Below, one piece after another: positions 51,118-58,226 of a stretch of 64,000 nt of DNA. The position numbers were made by a program, and so were the translations under genes. Below the pieces are notes generated by a model, which saw only the letters and a program-made list of their open reading frames with translations, did not search any database and was not told the origin of the DNA. Positions within the stretch are counted from its first letter, which is position 1; each line of letters begins with the position of its first letter. This DNA is from an uncultured virus (IMG/VR IMGVR_UViG_3300034196_000153) (taxonomy: Duplodnaviria > Heunggongvirae > Uroviricota > Caudoviricetes), in the IMG/VR virus record IMGVR_UViG_3300034196_000153, one strand, 5' to 3'.

Positions 51118-51918
51118 ATGGGCGGAATGGTCGCAGTGTTAGCACGATTTAAAGACAACACAAAAATGTCATTTAGGATATCAACTGGGTGTTTGACGCC
51201 TTTTCATGATTTAAGATTGCTTGATGAGGATTACTTTAAAGCCTTCGTTAAAAAAGAAGAATATTATATTGAAGACGCGGTAGCAGATTATGAACAGGAA
51301 GATTATTATAATGCTCGATGTTTTTTTGCACCCTATGATTATGGACTTCTCTTTTTTGATTTTAAAGAAAAACACATTTGGTCGAGTAATAACTATAATG
51401 GATTCTTTTCATTAAGCAGTTGGCAAGTTAAATCTCAATATAAAGAAATTGCCGATATTTTATCTTATGGAACACAAACAAAAGAAACGTTAACTATTAC
51501 TGAGCAAGATTATGTTAATGGTGAATTTATCACAAGAAGGGAATATCATTTCCTTGAAGATTACTCACAAGAATTTAGTTCAATTTTCTATATGCAACAA
51601 GTCTTAGATAAAAAAGGAACCTTTACTTACAAAGGAAATCCATTACCAGATGAAATCACTGACATCTATTCTCTATTGGCTTATATTAATGGCGAAGATC
51701 TCTTGTTAGAAGAAAATTTAAAAAGAGATCGAGTTAAGAACAGAACTAGATTCCTTCGCAGTGATACGTGTGATTTAGATGCAGTTCTCCCTGATTGGAC
51801 TATTTACAATGGTGATGGGAATGTTTCCTATATACAACCCATATTTGATTATGTGGTTAAACACAATATCCTTAATGAACGCGATTTAAAATACTGGAAC
51901 CAATACTTAAATGATTAA
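51118..51918 (+). CDS. Hypothetical protein, MGG-start family (distant)
   Basis: MGG.V....R.K; AP..YG...FDFKE. Confidence 0.7.
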   Translation: MGGMVAVLARFKDNTKMSFRISTGCLTPFHDLRLLDEDYFKAFVKKEEYYIEDAVADYEQEDYYNARCFFAPYDYGLLFFDFKEKHIWSSNNYNGFFSLSSWQVKSQYKEIADILSYGTQTKETLTITEQDYVNGEFITRREYHFLEDYSQEFSSIFYMQQVLDKKGTFTYKGNPLPDEITDIYSLLAYINGEDLLLEENLKRDRVKNRTRFLRSDTCDLDAVLPDWTIYNGDGNVSYIQPIFDYVVKHNILNERDLKYWNQYLND

Positions 51919-51981
51919 TCTTTCATTTTAATTGAAATCATAGGCACTTTATGCTATAATCTAGCAAATTATGGAGTATCT

Positions 51982-52767
51982 ATGAACGACGATAAGATTC
52001 CACAACCCATTGCTGACTTATTTGCTTCTCGTTATCCGAAAAGCAAATTTGAGTCCACATCTATCAATGATATTATCATTTTCAAATCGACATTTGATAA
52101 AGAAAAACAATTTGTTGACTTTATTTTTAAGAAAAATTCAATTACTACCATAAAAACCAATAATAAATACCTTCCAGAAGTTAAAAAGCTTTTGTCTATT
52201 AATAAGATGAAACGTAGTGACTTTAAGATTGTAGACGATTTTTTTACTCTCATAAATTCAAACAGCAATTTTGATAAAATTTTTTACATGGAGAACAAAA
52301 TTCTTCCTACTGAAATTTGTTCGTTCAAACGTGACGGTACGTCTGCTTTTACATTACCTTTTATTGCGAATACACATTCTCGCACTTATCTTATTACTAA
52401 GATCAGCAAAAGTTATTTTATGTATTACTTAGAGAATCACTTTAAGATGACGAAAGATGGCACCATCTTAATTGTTCCTATGATCACCTTGTTTGAGCAT
52501 CAGAAAAATGAGCATGTATTTGCCTTTAACATTTATGATCAGACTATTCATCGCATTCGAAATGAAGAATTTTACTTTGAAGACTTTTTTGAAAACAATG
52601 AGCCGTTCAACCCAGAATATCATGGTGATATTTTTGTCGATGAATATATTGATAACTACATTCTTAACACCCTTGACGATGATGACGAAATCAGAGAATC
52701 CCTTATTGTATTGCCAAGAGATCGTTTGAGCGAAAAAGTAGACATTCTTTCTATGTATCTGATCTAA
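51982..52767 (+). CDS. Hypothetical protein, MxxI-motif family; paralog of 50256
   Basis: YHGDI.VDEYID shared. Confidence 0.8.
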   Translation: MNDDKIPQPIADLFASRYPKSKFESTSINDIIIFKSTFDKEKQFVDFIFKKNSITTIKTNNKYLPEVKKLLSINKMKRSDFKIVDDFFTLINSNSNFDKIFYMENKILPTEICSFKRDGTSAFTLPFIANTHSRTYLITKISKSYFMYYLENHFKMTKDGTILIVPMITLFEHQKNEHVFAFNIYDQTIHRIRNEEFYFEDFFENNEPFNPEYHGDIFVDEYIDNYILNTLDDDDEIRESLIVLPRDRLSEKVDILSMYLI

Positions 52768-52846
52768 ACATGTCGCCTATAATTTAAATTGACAAAAATT
52801 GTAACATGATATACTATTGCATAAATTTTATTACAGGAGAATTATT

Positions 52847-53074
52847 ATGTTTTATGTCTATCATGGCTATGTTTCACCCGACAACTACGATTCAAGCGAA
52901 CGTCCTACTTATCAACTGAGTTCTTTTCATACCGAAGATGAAGTCATAGCATTTAAAGAAGAGTTTGAAGCTGAACTTCATGAGGAATGTATGAAACCTA
53001 TTTTTAGAGTCATCACAGGTAGAGAAATGTCATTGAAACCCGTAGAAACCGTCACTACTTGGAAACTATCATAA
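52847..53074 (+). CDS. Small hypothetical protein
   Basis: TTGACA/TATACT promoter, AGGAG RBS. Confidence 0.65.
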   Translation: MFYVYHGYVSPDNYDSSERPTYQLSSFHTEDEVIAFKEEFEAELHEECMKPIFRVITGREMSLKPVETVTTWKLS

Positions 53075-53088
53075 CTTAGGAGTTATCT

Positions 53089-53937
53089 ATGCACTATATT
53101 AAGTATGTATTAAGCTTTATCTTATTACTGGTATTGGCTGGTTGTAATGATACACCTGATGACGTTCGTCCAACAGCAGATGCAAAAGTCTATTTTGATC
53201 AACAACTGAAAACTACTCTGGCTGCTGCAAAGTCAAAAGAAGACCCTTTTGAAGCTTATCAACTATTGTTAAGGGCTTATTATGGTCTAGGTAATGATAA
53301 GGAAAAACTACTCTATAAAGATGACACTAGAAAGTTATATATTGCTCAATCTGGATTTGTTGTGAACGGCGGCTCAGCACTAGATAATAAACAAGAAGCG
53401 ATTAATAATATGTATGTTTATTTAGATTCTGCTTTGGAAAACGGTAATAAAAAAGCTTTTCTAGAATTATATGAAGGCGAACAATCAGAACCAGCCAACT
53501 TTGGTAATGATATGACAATGAGGCTTAAATCTGATCAATTGCAAACTAAATTCAGCGAAGCTTATAAAAATTTAGTTGAAACACTTTCAGTAGGTGATCC
53601 TATTGATAATGCTCTGATTACAAGCTATGCAAGCCAACTTAAAAATGGTGAGTTCTATCAAAAGAATACAGCTAAGTCAGTTGAATACTATCTCAAACTC
53701 TACCCAGTTGATAAAGTTGTTCCTTTATACTTGATTGGTGTCTATTTGGATATCAATGATTATGAGAATGCTTATTTCTGGAAAGTTCGTTGTATTGATG
53801 CCTGTGATGCTAGATATAAGAAAATTAGTATTGTTAGTCGAAATCTACCTGACTTATTCAGAAAACAGCTAACCAGTGATCAATTTAAAGCTATCGAAGA
53901 AGCTTCCAATGATCCAACAAGAACAAGTTTTAAATAA
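53089..53937 (+). CDS. Lipoprotein with Sel1/TPR-like helical repeats
   Basis: Lipobox LAGC; G....KN..K...YY, D...AYFW patterns. Confidence 0.65.
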   Translation: MHYIKYVLSFILLLVLAGCNDTPDDVRPTADAKVYFDQQLKTTLAAAKSKEDPFEAYQLLLRAYYGLGNDKEKLLYKDDTRKLYIAQSGFVVNGGSALDNKQEAINNMYVYLDSALENGNKKAFLELYEGEQSEPANFGNDMTMRLKSDQLQTKFSEAYKNLVETLSVGDPIDNALITSYASQLKNGEFYQKNTAKSVEYYLKLYPVDKVVPLYLIGVYLDINDYENAYFWKVRCIDACDARYKKISIVSRNLPDLFRKQLTSDQFKAIEEASNDPTRTSFK

Positions 53938-53950
53938 TCTAACATACCGC

Positions 53951-53979
53951 TTGAATTTTTTTAAGCGGGCTGCTATAAT
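53951..53979 (+). promoter_or_regulatory. sigma70 promoter of the Ser/Tyr leader
   Basis: TTGAAT-17 nt-TATAAT with extended TG. Confidence 0.75.
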
Positions 53980-54013
53980 GGATACTATTATTTACTTTGT
54001 GGAGAAATACAAA

Positions 54014-54064
54014 ATGAAACCTACATTTGCTGTATCCTATTATTATTCATCATATTCTAGTTAA
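54014..54064 (+). CDS. Ser/Tyr-rich attenuator leader peptide MKPTFAVSYYYSSYSS
   Basis: GGAG RBS at 54001; last 9 codons are TCC TAT TAT TAT TCA TCA TAT TCT AGT. Confidence 0.85.
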   Translation: MKPTFAVSYYYSSYSS

Positions 54065-54153
54065 CTGACCAGAGTAGAGGTCAGTTATGGCCTCGAATTC
54101 TTGGATAGTAATTATCTTAGACCCTTTGAAGGCCACCTTCAGAGGGTTTTTTT
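54053..54153 (+). promoter_or_regulatory. Transcription attenuator (alternative hairpins plus terminator)
   Basis: Overlapping helices 54053-62/54067-76, 54062-70/54079-87, 54077-83/54088-94, 54088-97/54125-35, terminator 54121-32/54136-47 plus U-tract. Confidence 0.8.
54121..54153 (+). terminator. Rho-independent terminator (attenuator terminator)
   Basis: ACCCTTTGAAGG-CCA-CCTTCAGAGGGT-TTTTTT. Confidence 0.9.
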
Positions 54154-54193
54154 ATGTCCATAGTGGCAGGGTTAAGTTCAACCTAAAACAATG

Positions 54194-54206
54194 TAAGTTA
54201 TTGATT
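54194..54206 (-). promoter_or_regulatory. IHF consensus site
   Basis: Reverse complement AATCAATAACTTA matches WATCAANNNNTTR. Confidence 0.5.
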
Positions 54207-54243
54207 TAAAAAGAAAATAGTTTAAAATAATTTAAAATAGTTG

Positions 54244-54272
54244 TTGACAAAGACGAAAGAAGTTGATAGAAT
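54244..54272 (+). promoter_or_regulatory. Strong sigma70 promoter for the tRNA array
   Basis: TTGACA-17 nt-TAGAAT, extended TG, AT-rich UP region. Confidence 0.8.
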
Positions 54273-54324
54273 GTTAAACATGAAGAGTTGAGAAGAAAAA
54301 CGAAAAACTCTTAGTAACACAAAT

Positions 54325-54412
54325 GGAAGATTGGTCGAGTGGCCGATGGCGTCAGTCTTGAAAACTGAAGGGTGTAACAGCTCCGTGAGTTCGAATCTCA
54401 CATCTTCCTCCA
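54325..54412 (+). tRNA. tRNA-Ser(UGA), copy 1 (U73 discriminator)
   Basis: GGAAGAT/ATCTTCC acceptor, TCAGT-CTTGAAA-ACTGA, long variable arm, TTCGAAT, CCA. Confidence 0.93.
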
Positions 54413-54434
54413 AATTTAGTTTCAAAAGTATCAT

Positions 54435-54518
54435 GGTTAGTTGGCAGAGTGGACGATTGCGGGGGACTGTAAATCCCTTCCGAAAGGCACGGTGGTTCGA
54501 ATCCATCACTAACCACCA
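54435..54518 (+). tRNA. tRNA-Tyr(GUA), copy 1
   Basis: GGTTAGT/ACTAACC, GGGGA-CTGTAAA-TCCCT, A73-CCA. Confidence 0.92.
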
Positions 54519-54540
54519 AATTAGTTGTAAACTGTTTTAT

Positions 54541-54624
54541 GGGAGTTTCGCATAGTGGCCGATTGCACGGGACTGTAAATCCTGCTCGAAAGACTCGGTG
54601 GTTCGAATCCATCAACTCCCACCA
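54541..54624 (+). tRNA. tRNA-Tyr(GUA), copy 2
   Basis: GGGAGTT/AACTCCC, CGGGA-CTGTAAA-TCCTG, A73-CCA. Confidence 0.92.
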
Positions 54625-54649
54625 AATTAGATGTAATAGTAAGAATTAT

Positions 54650-54739
54650 GGACGCCTTTCCTTGTCATCGCTCTGTAAAAGCGACGCCTTAATAAGACAG
54701 GTCGGTTGGCGTGAGGTTCGAATCCTTGGGCGTCCACCA
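54650..54739 (+). ncRNA. Atypical tRNA-Tyr(GUA)-like RNA lacking a D-arm, with an enlarged variable arm
   Basis: GGACGCC/GGCGTCC acceptor, TCGCT-CTGTAAA-AGCGA, TGAGG-TTCGAAT-CCTTG, ACCA; only 11 nt in place of the D-arm. Confidence 0.75.
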
Positions 54740-54760
54740 AATTAGTTGTAAACCGTATAT

Positions 54761-54848
54761 GGAAGCTTGGCCGAGTGGTTTAAGGCAACAGTCTTGAAAA
54801 CTGTCGAGTGTAACAGCTCCGTGAGTTCGAATCCCACAGCTTCCGCCA
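54761..54848 (+). tRNA. tRNA-Ser(UGA), copy 2
   Basis: GGAAGCT/AGCTTCC, ACAGT-CTTGAAA-ACTGT, G73-CCA; one T-stem mismatch. Confidence 0.92.
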
Positions 54849-54874
54849 AATTTAGATGTAACCTGTTTTATTAT

Positions 54875-54958
54875 GGGGGGTTCGCATAGTGGCCGATTGC
54901 ACGGGGCTGTAAACTCTGATCGAAAGACACGGTGGTTCGAATCCATCACCCCTCACCA
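54875..54958 (+). tRNA. tRNA-Tyr(GUA), copy 3
   Basis: GGGGGGT/ACCCCTC, CGGGG-CTGTAAA-CTCTG, A73-CCA. Confidence 0.9.
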
Positions 54959-54971
54959 AATTTAGATTTAT

Positions 54972-55024
54972 GGGAAGTATGTGGCTGTTGTTATGTCGTA
55001 ACAATGGTTAATCGCTACCCACCA
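54972..55024 (+). ncRNA. CCA-ended minihelix-like hairpin (tRNA remnant or mimic)
   Basis: GGGAAGT/GCTACCC acceptor-like stem plus 12 bp hairpin plus ACCA. Confidence 0.5.
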
Positions 55025-55028
55025 ACAT

Positions 55029-55116
55029 GGAAGCGTGGCCGAGCGGTTTAAGGCACTAGTCTTGAAAACTAGCGGATGTAACAGTCCCGTGAGTTCGAAT
55101 CTCACCGCTTCCGCCA
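55029..55116 (+). tRNA. tRNA-Ser(UGA), copy 3
   Basis: GGAAGCG/CGCTTCC, CTAGT-CTTGAAA-ACTAG, G73-CCA. Confidence 0.94.
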
Positions 55117-55132
55117 TCTTATAGAGGTGCTT

Positions 55133-55531
55133 ATGAATAAAGAGCAAGGTGACACATGTGAATCGTTTGCAACCTTTTATTATACATCACTAGGATGTAT
55201 TGTCAGTAAGCCATTAACTCATTCCCCTTATTACGACTTAATTGTTGACACCGATGGGGTATTAAAGAAGGTCGAGTGCAAGAGTTCTAGGCATAAACCT
55301 AATGAAAAATCTTATTTAGTAGAATTAGCTACAAAGGGTGGTAATCAATCTTGGAATAAAGTTGTCAAAAAAATTGACGCTAAAAAAGTTGATGAAATCT
55401 TTATTTTAGACGGTGATGGTAATTATTATGTTTATAACTCTATAGATCTTGATGGTCGAAGAACCGTAAACGTCAATAACACTTTGAAAAGTTTCATGGG
55501 TAATCAACAAAAGCTCACTTCAAAAGTTTAA
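55133..55531 (+). CDS. PD-(D/E)XK endonuclease (group I intron/homing-endonuclease-associated type)
   Basis: G...E.......G..VSKP......YDLIVD......VECKS; GAGGTG RBS right after the last tRNA. Confidence 0.8.
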   Translation: MNKEQGDTCESFATFYYTSLGCIVSKPLTHSPYYDLIVDTDGVLKKVECKSSRHKPNEKSYLVELATKGGNQSWNKVVKKIDAKKVDEIFILDGDGNYYVYNSIDLDGRRTVNVNNTLKSFMGNQQKLTSKV

Positions 55532-55558
55532 AGAACAACGTAATGTTGTTCTTTTTTT
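55530..55558 (+). terminator. Terminator ending the tRNA/endonuclease unit; repeated at 57181-57209
   Basis: AAAGAACAAC-GTAAT-GTTGTTCTTTTTTT. Confidence 0.75.
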
Positions 55559-55635
55559 GTTTATAAAATTTTAATTGATTTTTTATGTAATTAAGAGTAT
55601 CATTCTTTTTCAATTTATGATAAGGGATTTAATTA

Positions 55636-56709
55636 ATGAAAATGAAGTTAAGATATTTTTTAGTGTTATTGTTATCACTTGTCATATCAACAAGTCAAGC
55701 AAACTCTTTAACAAGTCACATACCTTTTTTTCCGTCTAAAAAAACTATTATTAAAGGTGTTCTGGTAACTGGAACTATTGGAGTGCTTGGCTACTATGTT
55801 TATTCACAATTATCTAAATTTATTGAAAATACAATAAAAAAAAATGATGAGGGAAAAATATCTGACTGGGAAACAGCTAATCTTATAGCTAAAGAAATTG
55901 ATAAAATACTCAATAATCCTAAAAAAACAGATCAACAAAAAAGTCAAAGTGTTGTTGAAGCTCAACAATTGTTGCTTTATTATGCCATTGCGTACTATGA
56001 ACCTAATGGAAACGATATTTATGATATTGCAATTAGGACCGCAAAAAAAGCAAATATTTATACTGGTGATTTCGATTATGAGTTACAACAAGGCATTAAA
56101 ATGACGACTGAAATTATGCGTAATATGATTTCATTAGCTAATGAAAAAGATATGGAAGATACTAAGTCAAAAAGAAATAAGTGTGATATTAATGATATAG
56201 CTGCTAGAACATATATTTACAATTCATTAAATCCAATTGATCCATTGTACACGGATGTTAATCGACCTATACGTGAATTTGACACTGGAGCTTATAAAAA
56301 CTTAAACTTTGTAACCAAAAAATATGCAAAATTGTATAAAATAAAAGATAATTTTGATCATGATCATATTCCGTCTTTTGCTTCATTAAAAACTTATTTA
56401 GAAAATAGAGATCAATATGTAATAAATTTTGATAATAAATTAAGGAACGTTATTCAACAAAATGGCACTGTAGTTGCAATTAATCAAGCAATGCACGCTG
56501 CTGGGCGAACGTATAAGGGGCGAGCTACATCTACTATGATAAGAGATTCAAAAGATCTTAGAAAAGCAACTATAAAAGATTTTAAGATGCATTATTATTA
56601 TTACAAAAAAAATGGATCAAGTAACCCTAGTTTTGAAACTTTATTTAATAAAGCTTTTATACAAACGTATCAAAGAAATAAAATGATGTGTTTATATGTT
56701 AACCGATAG
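55636..56709 (+). CDS. Exported or membrane protein with a C-terminal HNH/His-Me-like nuclease toxin domain (putative)
   Basis: Signal peptide plus TM; DHDHIPS...H...RTYKGR...DLRKA resembles polymorphic toxin nuclease tips. Confidence 0.55.
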   Translation: MKMKLRYFLVLLLSLVISTSQANSLTSHIPFFPSKKTIIKGVLVTGTIGVLGYYVYSQLSKFIENTIKKNDEGKISDWETANLIAKEIDKILNNPKKTDQQKSQSVVEAQQLLLYYAIAYYEPNGNDIYDIAIRTAKKANIYTGDFDYELQQGIKMTTEIMRNMISLANEKDMEDTKSKRNKCDINDIAARTYIYNSLNPIDPLYTDVNRPIREFDTGAYKNLNFVTKKYAKLYKIKDNFDHDHIPSFASLKTYLENRDQYVINFDNKLRNVIQQNGTVVAINQAMHAAGRTYKGRATSTMIRDSKDLRKATIKDFKMHYYYYKKNGSSNPSFETLFNKAFIQTYQRNKMMCLYVNR

Positions 56710-56717
56710 GAGATGTT

Positions 56718-57161
56718 ATGAATATTAAGATATTAGAAAATAATGAATATAGAGAAAAATTAGAAGAGTTCTTTTATGATGTTGAATTTACAAACATATA
56801 TCCATTTGAAGAGTATTTACTTATTAGTGAATCTTTAAAGCATAAAAAAGTGAAAAATTCGTGTGACATTATAAAAAAAAGCAATGTGTTTTGCAAAATT
56901 GCTAGTGAACATTATGCTATTTTAAAATTAAATGCAGTAGATTATATTGTTCAAATTAGTGATTATGGTGAAGTTGGCATTTGTGGTACAACTTTGTCTA
57001 ATTGGATTGATTGTATTTTAAATATACATGGCGATGAAAACAACATTGAAGACTTCATGTCATTCTGTTTTGAAAAATTTAACATTCCTATTGAATATCC
57101 TGATTATGAGGCTATGATGGAGATAGAAAGGCAATACTTGAAACCATTGATTGATTGTTAA
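56718..57161 (+). CDS. Putative immunity protein (acidic), directly downstream of the toxin-like gene
   Basis: AGGAG RBS, 8 nt gap, acidic composition. Confidence 0.45.
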   Translation: MNIKILENNEYREKLEEFFYDVEFTNIYPFEEYLLISESLKHKKVKNSCDIIKKSNVFCKIASEHYAILKLNAVDYIVQISDYGEVGICGTTLSNWIDCILNIHGDENNIEDFMSFCFEKFNIPIEYPDYEAMMEIERQYLKPLIDC

Positions 57162-57319
57162 TCACTTATTCATAACCATTAAAGAACAACACTATGTTGT
57201 TCTTTTTTTCTTCAGTTATTGTTAAAACCCATAAGATCTTATTAATTTCAAAACATTCTTGTAGACCAATCCTTAAAAATATCATAAGATATTAAAATAA
57301 ACTAAAAAAGGTCTGTTTA

Positions 57320-58222
57320 ATGTACCAATTACAATCATTTGCAAAAAATGAAAAAGGCCGAGACTTCATTGTGGGTGATATACATGGTATGTATGACTCA
57401 TTAATGAAACTTCTCGAATCCGTCAACTTCGATAAAAACATTGATAGATTATTTTCTGTGGGTGATTTAATAGATCGTGGACCAAAATCAATGGAGGTTC
57501 TTTATCTTAATAACCAGAGTTGGTTTTTCGCTGTATTGGGTAATCATGAAACCATGTTGCTCACTGGTCATTTATCGTATTCCAAAGATTGGGTTACGCA
57601 TTTAAGCAAGAAAGAAAAAGAAACATGTCTGGATATTATCAAGACCTTACCGATTGCTATTGAAATAGAAACCAGTCTTGGCCCTATTGGATTGGTTCAT
57701 GCCCAAGTCCCTACCCAGTTCAATGATTGGAATGAGTTCAAACACTATCTCACTGCAGCTAACCTATCCTATGAAATGAGTTCTATTAATGATTCTGGTA
57801 GTGTGATTAGAGATGCGTTGTGGGGTAGGAAGCGTATTTACAGAGAGTTGAAAAAGAATGGTACCGCATTTGCCAGAAAAGCTTACATCAAATTTATTAA
57901 AGATGGCTTATGGAATAGAACGACCTTATACAGAATCATTACGACCAGAAAAACATTGCCTTACATTAAACATGGGCTATCATTCTCATTCCGATACATC
58001 ATCGAAAAATTTAAACGTAAATTACACCCACAAAGTTATATCGACAATATTGCCTATACCTTTCATGGACACACCCCCGTTAAGAAACCATTACTATTAG
58101 GTAATCAGTTCTTTATAGATACGGGAGCTGTGTATGGGATGAAGAAAAACAAACAAGGGTCTTTAACCATGATTGAAATTTGTGATGATTTAAAAGTTCA
58201 CACCTTACTCATTGACCAATAA
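57320..58222 (+). CDS. Ser/Thr protein phosphatase (lambda NinI/PphA-like metallophosphoesterase)
   Basis: GDIHG, GDLIDRG, GNHE, HGHTP, IDTG. Confidence 0.92.
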   Translation: MYQLQSFAKNEKGRDFIVGDIHGMYDSLMKLLESVNFDKNIDRLFSVGDLIDRGPKSMEVLYLNNQSWFFAVLGNHETMLLTGHLSYSKDWVTHLSKKEKETCLDIIKTLPIAIEIETSLGPIGLVHAQVPTQFNDWNEFKHYLTAANLSYEMSSINDSGSVIRDALWGRKRIYRELKKNGTAFARKAYIKFIKDGLWNRTTLYRIITTRKTLPYIKHGLSFSFRYIIEKFKRKLHPQSYIDNIAYTFHGHTPVKKPLLLGNQFFIDTGAVYGMKKNKQGSLTMIEICDDLKVHTLLIDQ

Positions 58223-58226
58223 TTAA

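Noticed and set aside
53947..53968. Inverted repeat CCGCTTGAA/TTTAAGCGG over the leader promoter -35
   Set aside because: Could be a terminator for the upstream gene or an operator, but it has no U-tract after the stem and no second copy, so it is not called
53876..54013. Upstream extension of the 62-aa ORF ending SYYYSSYSS
   Set aside because: Overlaps the previous gene and the promoter; the RBS supports a start at 54014
54222..54949. Several 68-95 aa ORFs on both strands over the tRNA region, with repeated MMDSNHR starts
   Set aside because: Shadow translations of repeated tRNA genes
54413..54971. Repeated AAATTAG.TGTAA spacers as a CRISPR-like array
   Set aside because: Repeats are short and degenerate, and the intervening sequences are tRNAs; no cas genes seen
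54325..55116. tRNAs with TGA in the anticodon loop as possible stop suppressors or Sec tRNAs, or signs of genetic-code change
   Set aside because: Anticodon UGA reads UCA (Ser); ORFs are intact under the standard code and no CUA/UCA/UUA anticodon is present
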